Assembly: GCA_964548205.1 (NCBI GenBank)
Contig: CAZJPJ010000002.1
Coordinates: forward strand, 69,737-133,736
Reading direction: 5' to 3'
Source: an uncultured Candidatus Saccharibacteria bacterium
GTDB taxonomy: Bacteria > Patescibacteriota > Minisyncoccia > Phycocordibacterales > WO2-35-19
Length of the DNA stretch: 64,000 nt
The position numbers and the translations under genes are program-made. A model generated the notes under the pieces. The model made no database searches, was not told the DNA's origin, and worked only from the letters and a program-made list of their open reading frames with translations. Positions 36,236 to 46,348 of the stretch are shown here, piece after piece (the first letter of the stretch is position 1; each line of letters begins with the position of its first letter).

Positions 36236-37429
36236 TTACCACGATACAACAATGATCATGGCAAGGTAGCCCAAAAGGAATCCTGCGGGCACAAACCATC
36301 CCTCAACTACCCATCGGATGATATTCTTCGCCTCTGGAAACTGCCCAGAGGCGACCACCCCTGCGCTTGAGCCAAACCAAGTGTTGCTACCACCAGTGCC
36401 AACGGCGTAGCATAGGTAGGCCCAATTGTAACCACCTTGGGACAAGGCTAGCTTGGTTAGCGGAATGTTGTCCAGAAATCCGGAGAACACCCCAATCCAA
36501 AACGTCGATAAGATGCTTGCAATTGGGAGTTGGTCGATCGGCATCATCGACGCCGACAGTACCAAACATAGTAGGAATGAGACACTACCCACTGCATGCC
36601 TCAACCCGACAATATCGAACTCAAAATGCAAACTCCTTATCGGTAAAAATGACACGCAAACCCCGATAAAGGCTGCCGCGCCCACCCAGGGAAATGAGTC
36701 GGCGTACTCTTTGAAGCTCATGTTGACGATAGTGTTGACCCCCGCTGCAAATGACAGTATCCCAACAACCCACCACAGATACTCGGTCTTTATTCTTATG
36801 TTTTTTACCGGGTCAATCTGTATGGGGCTGATAGCTTGTTGCATCCGCCCTGCGAAGAATGCTACAAACAGGACGTTTACAACAGAACCGACGATTGCCG
36901 GTGCGATTTCTAGCACAGAGACACCGGAAATCCACGCCATAGTTGTGGTGGTGTCGCCGATAACACTCCATGCTCCACCTGCATTTGCACATGCTACAAT
37001 TCCAGCCAAATATCCAATTGTTATTTGTGTGAATACTACTTTGGCAATGGTTCCGCCTATGATTGTGGATGCAATGTTGTCTAGAAATGCAGATCCTGTT
37101 GCTACCATGAGCAACAGGAAAAAACCACCCCGCCAGTTGTCTGGCAGGATCTTAGGGAGCCAGTCTGGTACCAGGCTGGCTTTGAAGTACTGACCAAGCA
37201 CTTCAAAGCTAAATATGAGAGCTAATATGTTTGCCCCCAATACCCATTCGTGGCCTAAGTGTTCCATGAGTGGGTTAAGCCCAATGTGACCTTTGAACCC
37301 AAAGCCAAAGGTTTTGACCGCGGCGATGGTTAACATCCCCGCAATCGCAATTCTGAGATTGTGCTCGTGGTATTTGTTAATACCAAAGAGCATTAAAAAA
37401 AGTAGCCCAAAAAGGGCGATTGCTTCCAT
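36236..37429 (-). CDS. NhaD/ArsB-superfamily ion transporter (Na+/H+ antiporter NhaD-like)
   Basis: 397 aa, ~11 TM helices, duplicated motif regions (FLDNIASTIIGG / FLDNIPLTKLAL). GC content is clearly higher than flanking genes. Confidence 0.6.
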   Translation of the reverse strand: MEAIALFGLLFLMLFGINKYHEHNLRIAIAGMLTIAAVKTFGFGFKGHIGLNPLMEHLGHEWVLGANILALIFSFEVLGQYFKASLVPDWLPKILPDNWRGGFFLLLMVATGSAFLDNIASTIIGGTIAKVVFTQITIGYLAGIVACANAGGAWSVIGDTTTTMAWISGVSVLEIAPAIVGSVVNVLFVAFFAGRMQQAISPIQIDPVKNIRIKTEYLWWVVGILSFAAGVNTIVNMSFKEYADSFPWVGAAAFIGVCVSFLPIRSLHFEFDIVGLRHAVGSVSFLLCLVLSASMMPIDQLPIASILSTFWIGVFSGFLDNIPLTKLALSQGGYNWAYLCYAVGTGGSNTWFGSSAGVVASGQFPEAKNIIRWVVEGWFVPAGFLLGYLAMIIVVSW

Positions 37430-37526
37430 CTCTTATTATCTCCGTGTTTTGAATTTACAACTTCCGGTACAAGACTACAATATTTTGGTTATTTAGCAAC
37501 TAAGTGACCTCTTTTTGTGATAATAT

Positions 37527-38099
37527 GTGTATATGAAAATGGTGTCGCTTAGGCGGTTCATTTATATCCTTGTGGCTCTGGCTCTTATCGCAGGAGTCTT
37601 TTATATAACTCTCGATCGCACTAAAACACAAGAAAAAAAAGAGATTTTGAGTTTTGAAGATTGTGCTGCTACAACCAATATAGTTATGGAAAGTTATCCA
37701 AGGAAGTGTATGACAGAAGATGGTAGAACTTTTGTAGAGGAGATAGGTAATGAACTTGAAAAGATGGATCTCATAAGAATCGCATCACCGCGGCCCAACG
37801 ATCAGGTTTCTAGCCCAATCAAAATTTCAGGAGAAGCTAGAGGTTTTTGGTTTTTTGAAGCCACTTTCCCTGTAGTTTTGACCGATTGGGATGGACGGAT
37901 AATAGCCGAAGGTTATGTCTCTGCAGATCAAGAGTGGATGACAGAAGATTTTGTGCCATTTAGTGGGGAGCTAGTTTTTGATAATAATTACCTAAGTGAG
38001 GCATATTCAAACAAAGCTTACCTCATTCTTCAAAGAAACAATCCTTCTGGTCTACCAGAAAATGATGACGCTCTTGAGATACCTGTTTACTTGGAATAA
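37527..38099 (+). CDS. Membrane-anchored Gmad2/GerM-like immunoglobulin-fold protein
   Basis: N-terminal TM anchor. The C-terminal region (ISGEARGFWFFEATFPVVLTDWDGRIIAEGYVSADQEWMTEDFVPFSGELVF) matches the Gmad2 Ig-like pattern. Confidence 0.5.
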   Translation: MYMKMVSLRRFIYILVALALIAGVFYITLDRTKTQEKKEILSFEDCAATTNIVMESYPRKCMTEDGRTFVEEIGNELEKMDLIRIASPRPNDQVSSPIKISGEARGFWFFEATFPVVLTDWDGRIIAEGYVSADQEWMTEDFVPFSGELVFDNNYLSEAYSNKAYLILQRNNPSGLPENDDALEIPVYLE

Positions 38100-38157
38100 C
38101 TCTCCGCAAGGTTGGCATTTTGTAAAACAGACTTGACGTCGGTGTTATAATAGATAC

Positions 38158-38703
38158 ATGCAAAATGAGACCAAAGAAACAATTGTATTTGGCGGGGGGT
38201 GCTTCTGGTGTACAGAAGCTATATTCAGGCACCTTAAAGGTGTCTTGTCTGTGATGCCGGGGTATGCGGGAGGTAGCAAAGATAGTGCGAGTTATGAGAA
38301 AGTCAGTGGTGGCGATACGGGTCATGTAGAGGTAGTAAAGATAGAGTTCGATAACCATACGATAACTCTCGAAGATCTCTTGAATGTATTTTTCCATACT
38401 CACAACCCTACTACTCCAAATAGGCAAGGGGCTGATGTGGGGGAGCAGTATTCTAGTGTCGTATTTTATTCGACTGACGATCAGAAAAAGACAGTAGAAG
38501 ATTTTATTAAGTTACTTGAGGACCAAAAAGCTTACCAAGAAAGAATAGTGACCAAAGTACTACCTCTCGAAGGTTTTTATGAGGCTGAAGATTATCACAA
38601 AGCATATTATGAAAAGAACAAAGAAGTGCCATATTGCGAGTTGGTCATAGGTCCGAAGATAGAAAAGCTCAATAAGCAATTTGCCAATCTTGTCAAAAGC
38701 TAA
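38158..38703 (+). CDS. msrA: Peptide methionine sulfoxide reductase A
   Basis: Active-site GGGCFWC motif and MsrA fold signature (PTTPNRQGADVGEQYSS). Confidence 0.9.
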   Translation: MQNETKETIVFGGGCFWCTEAIFRHLKGVLSVMPGYAGGSKDSASYEKVSGGDTGHVEVVKIEFDNHTITLEDLLNVFFHTHNPTTPNRQGADVGEQYSSVVFYSTDDQKKTVEDFIKLLEDQKAYQERIVTKVLPLEGFYEAEDYHKAYYEKNKEVPYCELVIGPKIEKLNKQFANLVKS

Positions 38704-38734
38704 AAGTTAAAAGCAAAAATAAAATTAAAAAGAT

Positions 38735-39109
38735 ATGGACGAAGAAGATTTTAAGAAAAAGCTTACAGAAGAAGAATATAAGGTTTTGAGAGAAAAGGGT
38801 ACCGAGGCTCCTTTTAGTGGTAAGTATGTACACGAAAAGAGTGATGGAATGTATAAATGCAAAGCTTGTGGTAATGTGCTCTTTGATTCAAATACAAAGT
38901 TTGATTCTGGTACCGGTTGGCCGTCGTTTGATCAAAGCTTGCCTGGTGCAATAGAATATATAGAGGACCGATCGCATGGCATGCTTCGGACTGAAGTTGT
39001 TTGTGCCGAATGCAAGTCTCATTTGGGGCACGTTTTCGACGATGGACCGACAGATACTAAGAAACGATATTGTATAAACTCAGTTTGTCTTTATCTGGAA
39101 AGTTATTAA
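38735..39109 (+). CDS. msrB: Peptide methionine sulfoxide reductase B
   Basis: Two CxxC zinc motifs ([21 protein letters not shown]) and catalytic RYCINS. Confidence 0.9.
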   Translation: MDEEDFKKKLTEEEYKVLREKGTEAPFSGKYVHEKSDGMYKCKACGNVLFDSNTKFDSGTGWPSFDQSLPGAIEYIEDRSHGMLRTEVVCAECKSHLGHVFDDGPTDTKKRYCINSVCLYLESY

Positions 39110-39162
39110 TAATGCACCCCTCTATATTTGGAATTTATTTACTAATTTTATTTTAAATAAAA

Positions 39163-39696
39163 ATGAAAAACAAAAACTATCAATCAGGAAACATTGCTTA
39201 TATAGTTATAGCTCTAGTGGTCATCGCTATAGGATTTTATTTTATAACAAGTGACGGTGATGATAGAAACAATACAACTGACAAGACAGAAAATGAGTCT
39301 TTGGTGATGGAAGAAAAAGCTGAAAGCAGAGGAGCTATGATGGAAGATGGGACAATCGATTCTTCTCAAGAAATTGCTATGGCTAAGAAGGGGACTTATG
39401 AGGCTTACAGTGCAGACAAGCTAGCTCTCGCTGACACTGGTAGTGTAGTGCTCTTTTTCCATGCCTCTTGGTGTCCATTTTGTCGATCAGCCGAAGCAGA
39501 TATCAACAAAAATATTTCGAGTATTCCTGAAGGAGTTCATATCCTAAAAACCGACTATGATAAAGAGACTAGTCTAAAGCAAAAGTACGGGGTCACCACT
39601 CAGCATACTTTTGTACAGGTAGACAAAGAGGGTAATTTGATCAAAAAATGGTCTGGTTCTGAGACCTTAGCAGCTATCGTCGGCAACATACAATAA
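39163..39696 (+). CDS. Membrane-anchored thioredoxin-like protein
   Basis: N-terminal TM helix. WCPFC active site in a thioredoxin-fold region. Confidence 0.7.
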   Translation: MKNKNYQSGNIAYIVIALVVIAIGFYFITSDGDDRNNTTDKTENESLVMEEKAESRGAMMEDGTIDSSQEIAMAKKGTYEAYSADKLALADTGSVVLFFHASWCPFCRSAEADINKNISSIPEGVHILKTDYDKETSLKQKYGVTTQHTFVQVDKEGNLIKKWSGSETLAAIVGNIQ

Positions 39697-39698
39697 CG

Positions 39699-41504
39699 AT
39701 GATCTTCTTTATCATCTCTCTTGTTGCTGGATTTCTGACGGTCCTCACCCCGTGCGTTTTACCTATTCTACCTATTGTTCTCACAAGTTCGGTTGCTGAT
39801 GGGGGTGTTAGTCGCAAGAGAAGTTTTGTGGTCACATCATCTCTTATTGTCTCGGTTTTTGTTTTCACTTTTCTCTTGAGGGTTAGTACTGCGCTTATCA
39901 TGGTGCCGCCGGCATTTTGGACTTACCTATCTGGTGCGATTATATTGATCTTTGGTCTATCGCTTGTTTTTCCAAATATGTGGGGCAAGTTGTCAGGGAG
40001 TCTTTTTGCTAAATCAAGTGATTTACTCAATCAAAGCTTTCAAAATCGCAAAAAATGGTGGGGGGATATAGCTCTAGGTGCATCTCTTGGTCCCATCTTT
40101 ACTACTTGTTCGCCAACTTTCTTCCTTATCTTAGCTACAGTTTTGCCAGCGAGCTTAGCTCAAGGTGTTGTATATCTTGTAGCCTATTGCATTGGCTTGG
40201 CGACAGCATTGCTACTCATTGCATTTCTTGGGCAAAAGATACTTCTCAAGTTCAATACTATTTCTGACCCGAACAGTAGCTTCAAGAAAGTTCTAGGCTT
40301 TGTTTTTATTGCTCTTGCTATACTTATAGCAACTGGTCTGGTCAAACGGATAGAGAGCAAGATTCTTGATGTAGGCTTCTTGGACTTTACCAAGATAGAG
40401 CGCAGTATTACTGACTTGCTCAGTGGTAAAGAAGATATTGATACAGGAGCCGATACCATAGAAGACTATACAGGACAAAATCAGGATTTATCGTTAGGCA
40501 AGATGGGAGCGACACAATCAGATCAAGATAGTACAAACAGAAAGATATCTAGCGACTATGATAGCTACCCATACAAAGAGATAGTCAACCCATCAGGTTT
40601 TGTAAACGCTAACGCATTCAAACTCGGTGATCTTGTAGGTAAGAAAGTTATTCTTCTCGACTTTATGACCTATTCTTGTATAAACTGCCAACGTACATTT
40701 CCATATCTCAGAGCTTGGTACGATAAATACAGAGACCAAGGTCTTGAAGTAATAGCTATCCATACTCCAGAGTTTGCTTTTGAGAAAAATATAGACAATG
40801 TCCGAAAAGCGGCAAAAGATTTTGGTCTTGAATTTCCCATTGTGCTCGATAATGATTATGCTACTTGGAATGCTTATGCCAACAGATTTTGGCCCCGTAA
40901 GTATCTGATAGATATAAATGGCAATGTAGTGTATGACCATATAGGCGAAGGGGAATACGATACTACTGAAGCAAAAATCCAAGAACTCTTGCAAGAAAGA
41001 GCAGAAAAGAAGGGTGAGTATGTGAGTCTTAATAGTACTGATGTGCCAGAATATGGGATATATAGTAGAAGCCCAGAGACCTATTTCGGAGCATGGAGAA
41101 ATCGAAATTTTGGTAATGGCAAGGCAGGTGTCGAGTATAGCGATATCTTTAGTTTACCAAACATTATCTTTGAAAATACATTTTACTTGGGAGGTGAGTG
41201 GAATATAGGCAGGGAGTATGTGGAAAATATTGGAGCTCCGGTGGATTTAGTCTTTAAATTTGATGCAAAAGAAGTGTATATGGTGGCAGAGTCGGCAGAT
41301 GAGTTTGATAGAGAGGTGGAGGTGTACCTCGATGGCTCTATGGTAACAAGTGTATATGACGGAAATGATGTAAATAGTGGCAAGGTGATGATAAAAGATT
41401 CTACTCTATATCACCTTATATCTCTTCCAGAGGCAGGAAAGCACACCTTGCGTCTTGTATTTAAAAAACCAAAGACACGTATTTACACTTTCACATTTGG
41501 GTAA
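39699..41504 (+). CDS. CcdA/DsbD-type transmembrane thiol-disulfide transporter fused to a periplasmic TlpA/ResA-like thioredoxin domain
   Basis: N-terminal LTPCVLPILP motif of CcdA/DsbD, ~8 TM helices, C-terminal redox domain with YSCINCQ. Confidence 0.7.
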   Translation: MIFFIISLVAGFLTVLTPCVLPILPIVLTSSVADGGVSRKRSFVVTSSLIVSVFVFTFLLRVSTALIMVPPAFWTYLSGAIILIFGLSLVFPNMWGKLSGSLFAKSSDLLNQSFQNRKKWWGDIALGASLGPIFTTCSPTFFLILATVLPASLAQGVVYLVAYCIGLATALLLIAFLGQKILLKFNTISDPNSSFKKVLGFVFIALAILIATGLVKRIESKILDVGFLDFTKIERSITDLLSGKEDIDTGADTIEDYTGQNQDLSLGKMGATQSDQDSTNRKISSDYDSYPYKEIVNPSGFVNANAFKLGDLVGKKVILLDFMTYSCINCQRTFPYLRAWYDKYRDQGLEVIAIHTPEFAFEKNIDNVRKAAKDFGLEFPIVLDNDYATWNAYANRFWPRKYLIDINGNVVYDHIGEGEYDTTEAKIQELLQERAEKKGEYVSLNSTDVPEYGIYSRSPETYFGAWRNRNFGNGKAGVEYSDIFSLPNIIFENTFYLGGEWNIGREYVENIGAPVDLVFKFDAKEVYMVAESADEFDREVEVYLDGSMVTSVYDGNDVNSGKVMIKDSTLYHLISLPEAGKHTLRLVFKKPKTRIYTFTFG

Positions 41505-41523
41505 ATTGTGCTAGATTTTTGGC

Positions 41524-42159
41524 ATGAAAACATCAACATGGGTTATTGTTGCCATAGTGGCTATAGTCGGTTTATTGCTAATACTAGGAGGTGGAGGGCC
41601 GAAAATTGAGCCCGCATTTGAGCTTAACGCTCTGCATCCTCTTGATCGTATAAAAGGGAATCCGAGCGGGGATATTGTCCTCCTGGAATACAGTGATTTT
41701 CAGTGTCCTGCTTGTAGGAGTTATTATCCGATTTTGAGACAAGTTGTGGAACAATTTGGCGATAGAGTAACTTTTGTTTATAGACATTTTCCTTTATCGA
41801 GCATTCATCCCAATGCGGATTTTGCCGCAAGAGCTGCTGAAGCTGCGGGCATGCAGGGCAAGTTCTGGGAGATGCATGATTTGCTTTTTGAAAAACAGGC
41901 TGAATGGTCTAGTCAATCAGATGTGGAAACAATATTTTCAAATTATGCAACTCTACTCGGTATAGATGTAGAAAAATTCAAAATCGACTGGAGATCTGAT
42001 GGTGTGAAGAATTTGGTTAATGCTCAAAAGCAGCATGCGATCAAATCAGGCTTTCAAGGGACTCCCACATTTCTTATAGACGGAAAGGTTATCGAAAATC
42101 CAAAATCTAAAGAACATTTTGAATCTGTTTTGATGGCTGTCATAGATGCAAAGAAATAG
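41524..42159 (+). CDS. DsbA-family thiol:disulfide oxidoreductase
   Basis: N-terminal TM anchor, active site FQCPACR, cis-Pro region GTPTFLIDG. Confidence 0.8.
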   Translation: MKTSTWVIVAIVAIVGLLLILGGGGPKIEPAFELNALHPLDRIKGNPSGDIVLLEYSDFQCPACRSYYPILRQVVEQFGDRVTFVYRHFPLSSIHPNADFAARAAEAAGMQGKFWEMHDLLFEKQAEWSSQSDVETIFSNYATLLGIDVEKFKIDWRSDGVKNLVNAQKQHAIKSGFQGTPTFLIDGKVIENPKSKEHFESVLMAVIDAKK

Positions 42160-42211
42160 TTTATCAACAGTTTTGCTTCCAAGACTTTTTCTAGAGATAT
42201 AAAATATATTC

Positions 42212-42517
42212 ATGAGTTCTTACTCTGAAATATATTTTGCAGTTCTTTCTGTCTCAACTATAGCCATCGCCGGTCTTTTGCTAGCTATTTTATTTTATGC
42301 ACTTTCTGTACTGCGAGACATAAAGAAGATGTCAGAGATAGCAAAAAGAGAAGCAGAGTCAGTAGCCAGTGCTGTTGCAAGGGGGGCAAGTATTCTCGGA
42401 GCAGGACTTTCTTCAGAGGCTGCTGGTTTCGTAAAGACTGTATTCTCACTCCTTATTTCGAAGGCTGTAGAGAAGAAGAGTAAGAAGAAATCATCCTCTA
42501 GTGCCAAGAAAGTTTAA
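42212..42517 (+). CDS. Small hypothetical membrane protein
   Basis: 101 aa with one N-terminal TM helix and a Lys/Ser-rich tail. Confidence 0.35.
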   Translation: MSSYSEIYFAVLSVSTIAIAGLLLAILFYALSVLRDIKKMSEIAKREAESVASAVARGASILGAGLSSEAAGFVKTVFSLLISKAVEKKSKKKSSSSAKKV

Positions 42518-42519
42518 TT

Positions 42520-42990
42520 TTGATGAAAAACACTTTAAGGTTTGTTACATATATTGCCGCGTGTGTCGCAGTCTATCTGATAATAGTTGCGAGTACAGGT
42601 AGTGGTGTAAGTATAAATACAAGTAAGGTCGTTGCTTTCGAAAGGGAAGTAGATGCCAAGATCTATTTTGCAATGGATACTTCCAAAGGTGCTTGTGCCC
42701 CAGTAGATTTTGTTACAAAGAAGATATACAACGCTGAAACTCTTGGGCTTGGGGCTCTAGAGAAACTTCTTGCTGGCACCTCGCCGAACGATAGAAGGAA
42801 GGGTTTTGTAAGTACGATTGATCCTGATGTCAGGTTAGTAAGTTTTGAAGTCAAAGATGGCACAGCTTATGTAGAATTTGATAAGCCTATATCTAGCGAC
42901 CCTGAAAGCTGTGCTTACAAGACCGCTATGAGCCAAATAGAGAAGACTCTAACTTCTTTGCCTGATGTTCAAAAAGTGGTACTTAAATAA
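42520..42990 (+). CDS. GerMN-like lipoprotein-type protein
   Basis: 156 aa, N-terminal anchor, GerMN-like pattern (VDAKIYFAMDT ... GTSPNDRRKGFVSTI ... VRLVSFEVKDGTAYVEF). Confidence 0.4.
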   Translation: MMKNTLRFVTYIAACVAVYLIIVASTGSGVSINTSKVVAFEREVDAKIYFAMDTSKGACAPVDFVTKKIYNAETLGLGALEKLLAGTSPNDRRKGFVSTIDPDVRLVSFEVKDGTAYVEFDKPISSDPESCAYKTAMSQIEKTLTSLPDVQKVVLK

Positions 42991-42994
42991 AAAG

Positions 42995-43264
42995 CTAGTT
43001 TAACCATTTTTCAACATCTGGTCTAACTGAATTTTCTACAACGGCACTCATTATGTCAGGAGCTTTTCCTGTAACTTCTCTAAGTTTCAGATATGCTTCT
43101 CTCGCGGCAAGGAAATTGCCAAGGTCAACTTTCAAACCATTGGCACCAATCCCAGTACTAACAACTTGTTTTGTCAGGGGATCATCTTTTAAGATAGGGC
43201 TCTCCATAGCTAGCATTCTAGCTGCGTCTCTATCTTGGGGTCTAATGTTTTCTGCGTACTCCAT
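42995..43264 (-). CDS. Hypothetical protein
   Basis: 89-aa ORF with non-repetitive composition but no clear RBS. An alternative ORF lies on the opposite strand. Confidence 0.3.
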   Translation of the reverse strand: MEYAENIRPQDRDAARMLAMESPILKDDPLTKQVVSTGIGANGLKVDLGNFLAAREAYLKLREVTGKAPDIMSAVVENSVRPDVEKWLN

Positions 43265-43288
43265 TTGTAAATAATTAAATATTAATAG

Positions 43289-44443
43289 TTATTTTGTATC
43301 CTTTATTGGTATAAAAAACAAGCCTGAAATGGTGATAAACGACAGTATTGTAAAAATACTAGAATAACCTCCATAATTCAGTATCGGTATAGCTATAAGC
43401 GGTGCGGCTATGTACGCTACTGGTCTTGTAATTCTGAACAGGCTTATTAATCCGGAATCCTCCTCATCTACATGCTTAAAGAAGTAGCTTTGGTTCGATA
43501 TCTCTATCATGCTTGCTCCGATTCTGGATACAAAAAGCAATAGAGCCCAATAGTAAATTGAGCTATCAGTACTGGAGCCTACAAAATAAGTGGCCACAGC
43601 TGTTATTATGATGCCAGCCCCCAATATTTCTCTTTCTCCTACTTTCTTATCCTCAAGATATCCGATTGGGTACTCAAACAGGAGGAATGGCAATAGCATG
43701 ATAGTCAAAATGATTCCGATCTCTGCCCAAACAAACCCGTTTTTTAAAATCAACAAAAGAGGTAGGTATATAACCATTGTGGCGTAGAAGAATTCAAGTA
43801 TTGTATTGGAAATAAGTATTCTCCTTATATCTCCTTTGTGGAGAGCTGATTTTAGCGTTTTTTTGATCGCAAAGTTTTCTGGGTGTATTTTTCGGTATCG
43901 TTTGTAAAATCTGGCTATTAGAAACAAGGCGGGCAAAATAAGTAAAGAGGCTCCCATGTAAACCATGTCAAAGTTGCCTAGAGGCGAGATAATGCTCACA
44001 AGTACGGGAGATGATACCCAAGCAATATTTTGAAAAGTCAGATAAGCTCCGCGGCTTGCTCCGGTCTCAGATTCACTTTTTATCTCATGTTCTAGAAATA
44101 TATCCAACATATAGTATAGGATCGGCCCTAGTGCTTGGTGGATTACGAAAAATGAGAGAAGGTACATAGGGGCTATATTTGTACCCAGACTAAAGGTGGC
44201 AGCTATCTGTATGCACGCTACTACAACAAAAGTCTTTAGCAGACCACTCTTGAGTATTTTAGGAGCGAAAATGAGTATTATAAGGCTTATTATCGAGGAA
44301 AATGTGTATAGTAAGCTTACTGTACTGCTACTTGCTATGTTCGATAGTAAGGTAGAGTTTATATATATAGTTAGGGTGTAATAGAAGGCTATAAACATCC
44401 CCGCAAAGTATATATTTTTCCTACCCTTAAACATTTTAGACAC
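43289..44443 (-). CDS. MFS transporter
   Basis: 384 aa, 12 predicted TM helices in two bundles of six. Confidence 0.7.
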   Translation of the reverse strand: MSKMFKGRKNIYFAGMFIAFYYTLTIYINSTLLSNIASSSTVSLLYTFSSIISLIILIFAPKILKSGLLKTFVVVACIQIAATFSLGTNIAPMYLLSFFVIHQALGPILYYMLDIFLEHEIKSESETGASRGAYLTFQNIAWVSSPVLVSIISPLGNFDMVYMGASLLILPALFLIARFYKRYRKIHPENFAIKKTLKSALHKGDIRRILISNTILEFFYATMVIYLPLLLILKNGFVWAEIGIILTIMLLPFLLFEYPIGYLEDKKVGEREILGAGIIITAVATYFVGSSTDSSIYYWALLLFVSRIGASMIEISNQSYFFKHVDEEDSGLISLFRITRPVAYIAAPLIAIPILNYGGYSSIFTILSFITISGLFFIPIKDTK

Positions 44444-46328
44444 CCAAGATTACAGGTATAACGATTGGTCGTTTTGCAGTATTTTGGAATAGGTATCGAG
44501 CTACAGTGTCTGATACGTTTGTCTTTACTATATCGAAGTTGATAGGGTTCATACCTGTGCAAGTATTCTCAATGGTCTTTTTTATCAATAGTCTTGTCTG
44601 TTGCAGTAAATCTTGAGATTCTCTCAAATATACAAAGCCTCTTGAAATGATATCGGGGGATTTTCGCAGTTTACCCGTTTTTAGGTTTATTATGGCTACC
44701 ACCACGAACATACCGTCCTGAGCCAACATCTGGCGATCTCTCAAAACAACTTCTTGGATGTCTCCTATCGCAAACCCATCTACCATCACCAAATCACTCG
44801 GAGCTCTTTCTTTTCTTACTCTTATTTTTTGACCTTCATCATAAATTTCTACGATAGAACCGTTGTCTGGTATCACAACATTTTCTTTTGCTGTGCCTAA
44901 AGATTCTGAAAGCTCACCGTGCTGGCGAAGTAGATAATGGTAACCGTGCACAGGCATAAAGAAGCGATAATTTATTTTTTGGTGTATCCATTTGAGCTCG
45001 TCCCTGTTTCCGTGACCAGAGGCATGAATGTCTGAATCAAGGTAGGTAATGACTTTTGCATCTGATCGATAAAGATTGTCTTTCAATTTCACAATCGCTT
45101 TGTAGTTTGTTGGAATGATAGAAGAAGAAAGCAGTACGGTGTCATTTTTCTTCAGGTGTATGTACTTGTGGGATTTGTTCGCCATGCGCATCAAAGCTGC
45201 GAACTCTTCACCTTGAGCACCAGTTACTAGCATTACGATTCTATCGGGAGGATAATTTTCTATATCTTCTACAGGTATTACGTTTGTTATGTCTGCAAGT
45301 TTTAAGTATTTTATGATTTCGAGGTTTGTCTTCATGCTCCTACCCTCGACCACAATCTTTTTGTTGTATTTTTCTGCAGTTTTTATAATAGATATTATTC
45401 TCTCTACCTGAGATGCAAATGTCCCAATGATAAGTCTGCCATGTGTATCTCTAATGAATTTTTCTATGTTGTCAGCTACTACGTTTTCAGATAAAGAGAA
45501 ACCAGACTTTTCGATGCTTGTAGAGTCCATAGTGAGAAGAAGTACATTCATATCCTTAAACATCGCGTACTGCTCCTCTTCTTCTTTAGTAGGAATGCCT
45601 TTTACATTGTCGACACGGACATCTTCAATAAAAACTATATTGCCATAGGGGGTTTCTATGATTAGCCCCATAGAGTCAGGTATTGTGTGGGATATAGGAA
45701 AGGTTTTAACCTTTATATTTCCTGCACGCAAAGTTTCGTCTCCATCTATTACTTTAACATCTAGCTGTTTAAGGTGAGGAAATTCTTCTTGTCTTTTTTG
45801 GATCATTATGGCACCGAATTGTCTGGTGTATAGTGGGGGATAGCCAATTCTATCAACAACAAAAGGAATGCCTCCGATGTGGTCGAGGTGTCCGTGGGTT
45901 ATAAAAAGTGCTCTGATTTTATCTTTTCTTTCCTCAAGATAGCGTGTATTGGGTAGAATATAATCTATACCAGGGGAGTCTTCGTCTTTGAATTGAAAAC
46001 CAGCATCTACCACTATTATATCGTCGCCGATTTCAATAGCTGTCATGTTTCTACCGATTTCTTCCACTCCACCAAGTGGGATTATTCTAACCACACCACT
46101 TTCTATTGTTGGTACTGGTAATCCATCGTCCTTATCACGTTTTTTTAATGGTCTAGAAGGTCCTTTACGTGGAAGCTTGCCCATCTTATTTATAGGTCTA
46201 AGTTTATTTGTATGAATATTTTGTGGTTTATTTGAAGATTGAATCCTTGCTCTGGTTGGTCTTTGGGTAGGGGCATGAAAACTTCTGATCCTGCTCCTGC
46301 TTTGGTTGTTTTGATTGTTATTTTCCAT
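44436..46328 (-). CDS. rnj: Ribonuclease J (metallo-beta-lactamase/beta-CASP RNase) with basic N-terminal extension
   Basis: MBL motif ALFITHGHLDHIGG, beta-CASP region, C-terminal domain. N-terminal ~90 aa are Lys/Arg/Pro-rich. Confidence 0.9.
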   Translation of the reverse strand: MENNNQNNQSRSRIRSFHAPTQRPTRARIQSSNKPQNIHTNKLRPINKMGKLPRKGPSRPLKKRDKDDGLPVPTIESGVVRIIPLGGVEEIGRNMTAIEIGDDIIVVDAGFQFKDEDSPGIDYILPNTRYLEERKDKIRALFITHGHLDHIGGIPFVVDRIGYPPLYTRQFGAIMIQKRQEEFPHLKQLDVKVIDGDETLRAGNIKVKTFPISHTIPDSMGLIIETPYGNIVFIEDVRVDNVKGIPTKEEEEQYAMFKDMNVLLLTMDSTSIEKSGFSLSENVVADNIEKFIRDTHGRLIIGTFASQVERIISIIKTAEKYNKKIVVEGRSMKTNLEIIKYLKLADITNVIPVEDIENYPPDRIVMLVTGAQGEEFAALMRMANKSHKYIHLKKNDTVLLSSSIIPTNYKAIVKLKDNLYRSDAKVITYLDSDIHASGHGNRDELKWIHQKINYRFFMPVHGYHYLLRQHGELSESLGTAKENVVIPDNGSIVEIYDEGQKIRVRKERAPSDLVMVDGFAIGDIQEVVLRDRQMLAQDGMFVVVAIINLKTGKLRKSPDIISRGFVYLRESQDLLQQTRLLIKKTIENTCTGMNPINFDIVKTNVSDTVARYLFQNTAKRPIVIPVILGV

Positions 46329-46348
46329 TCTGTTGTTCAGTTTTATTT

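Noticed and set aside
36367-37193. Plus-strand ORFs of 100 and 246 aa inside the NhaD-like gene
   Set aside because: They are antisense to a convincing 11-TM transporter ORF. They are GC-driven open frames with Pro/Thr/Ala-rich nonsense composition.
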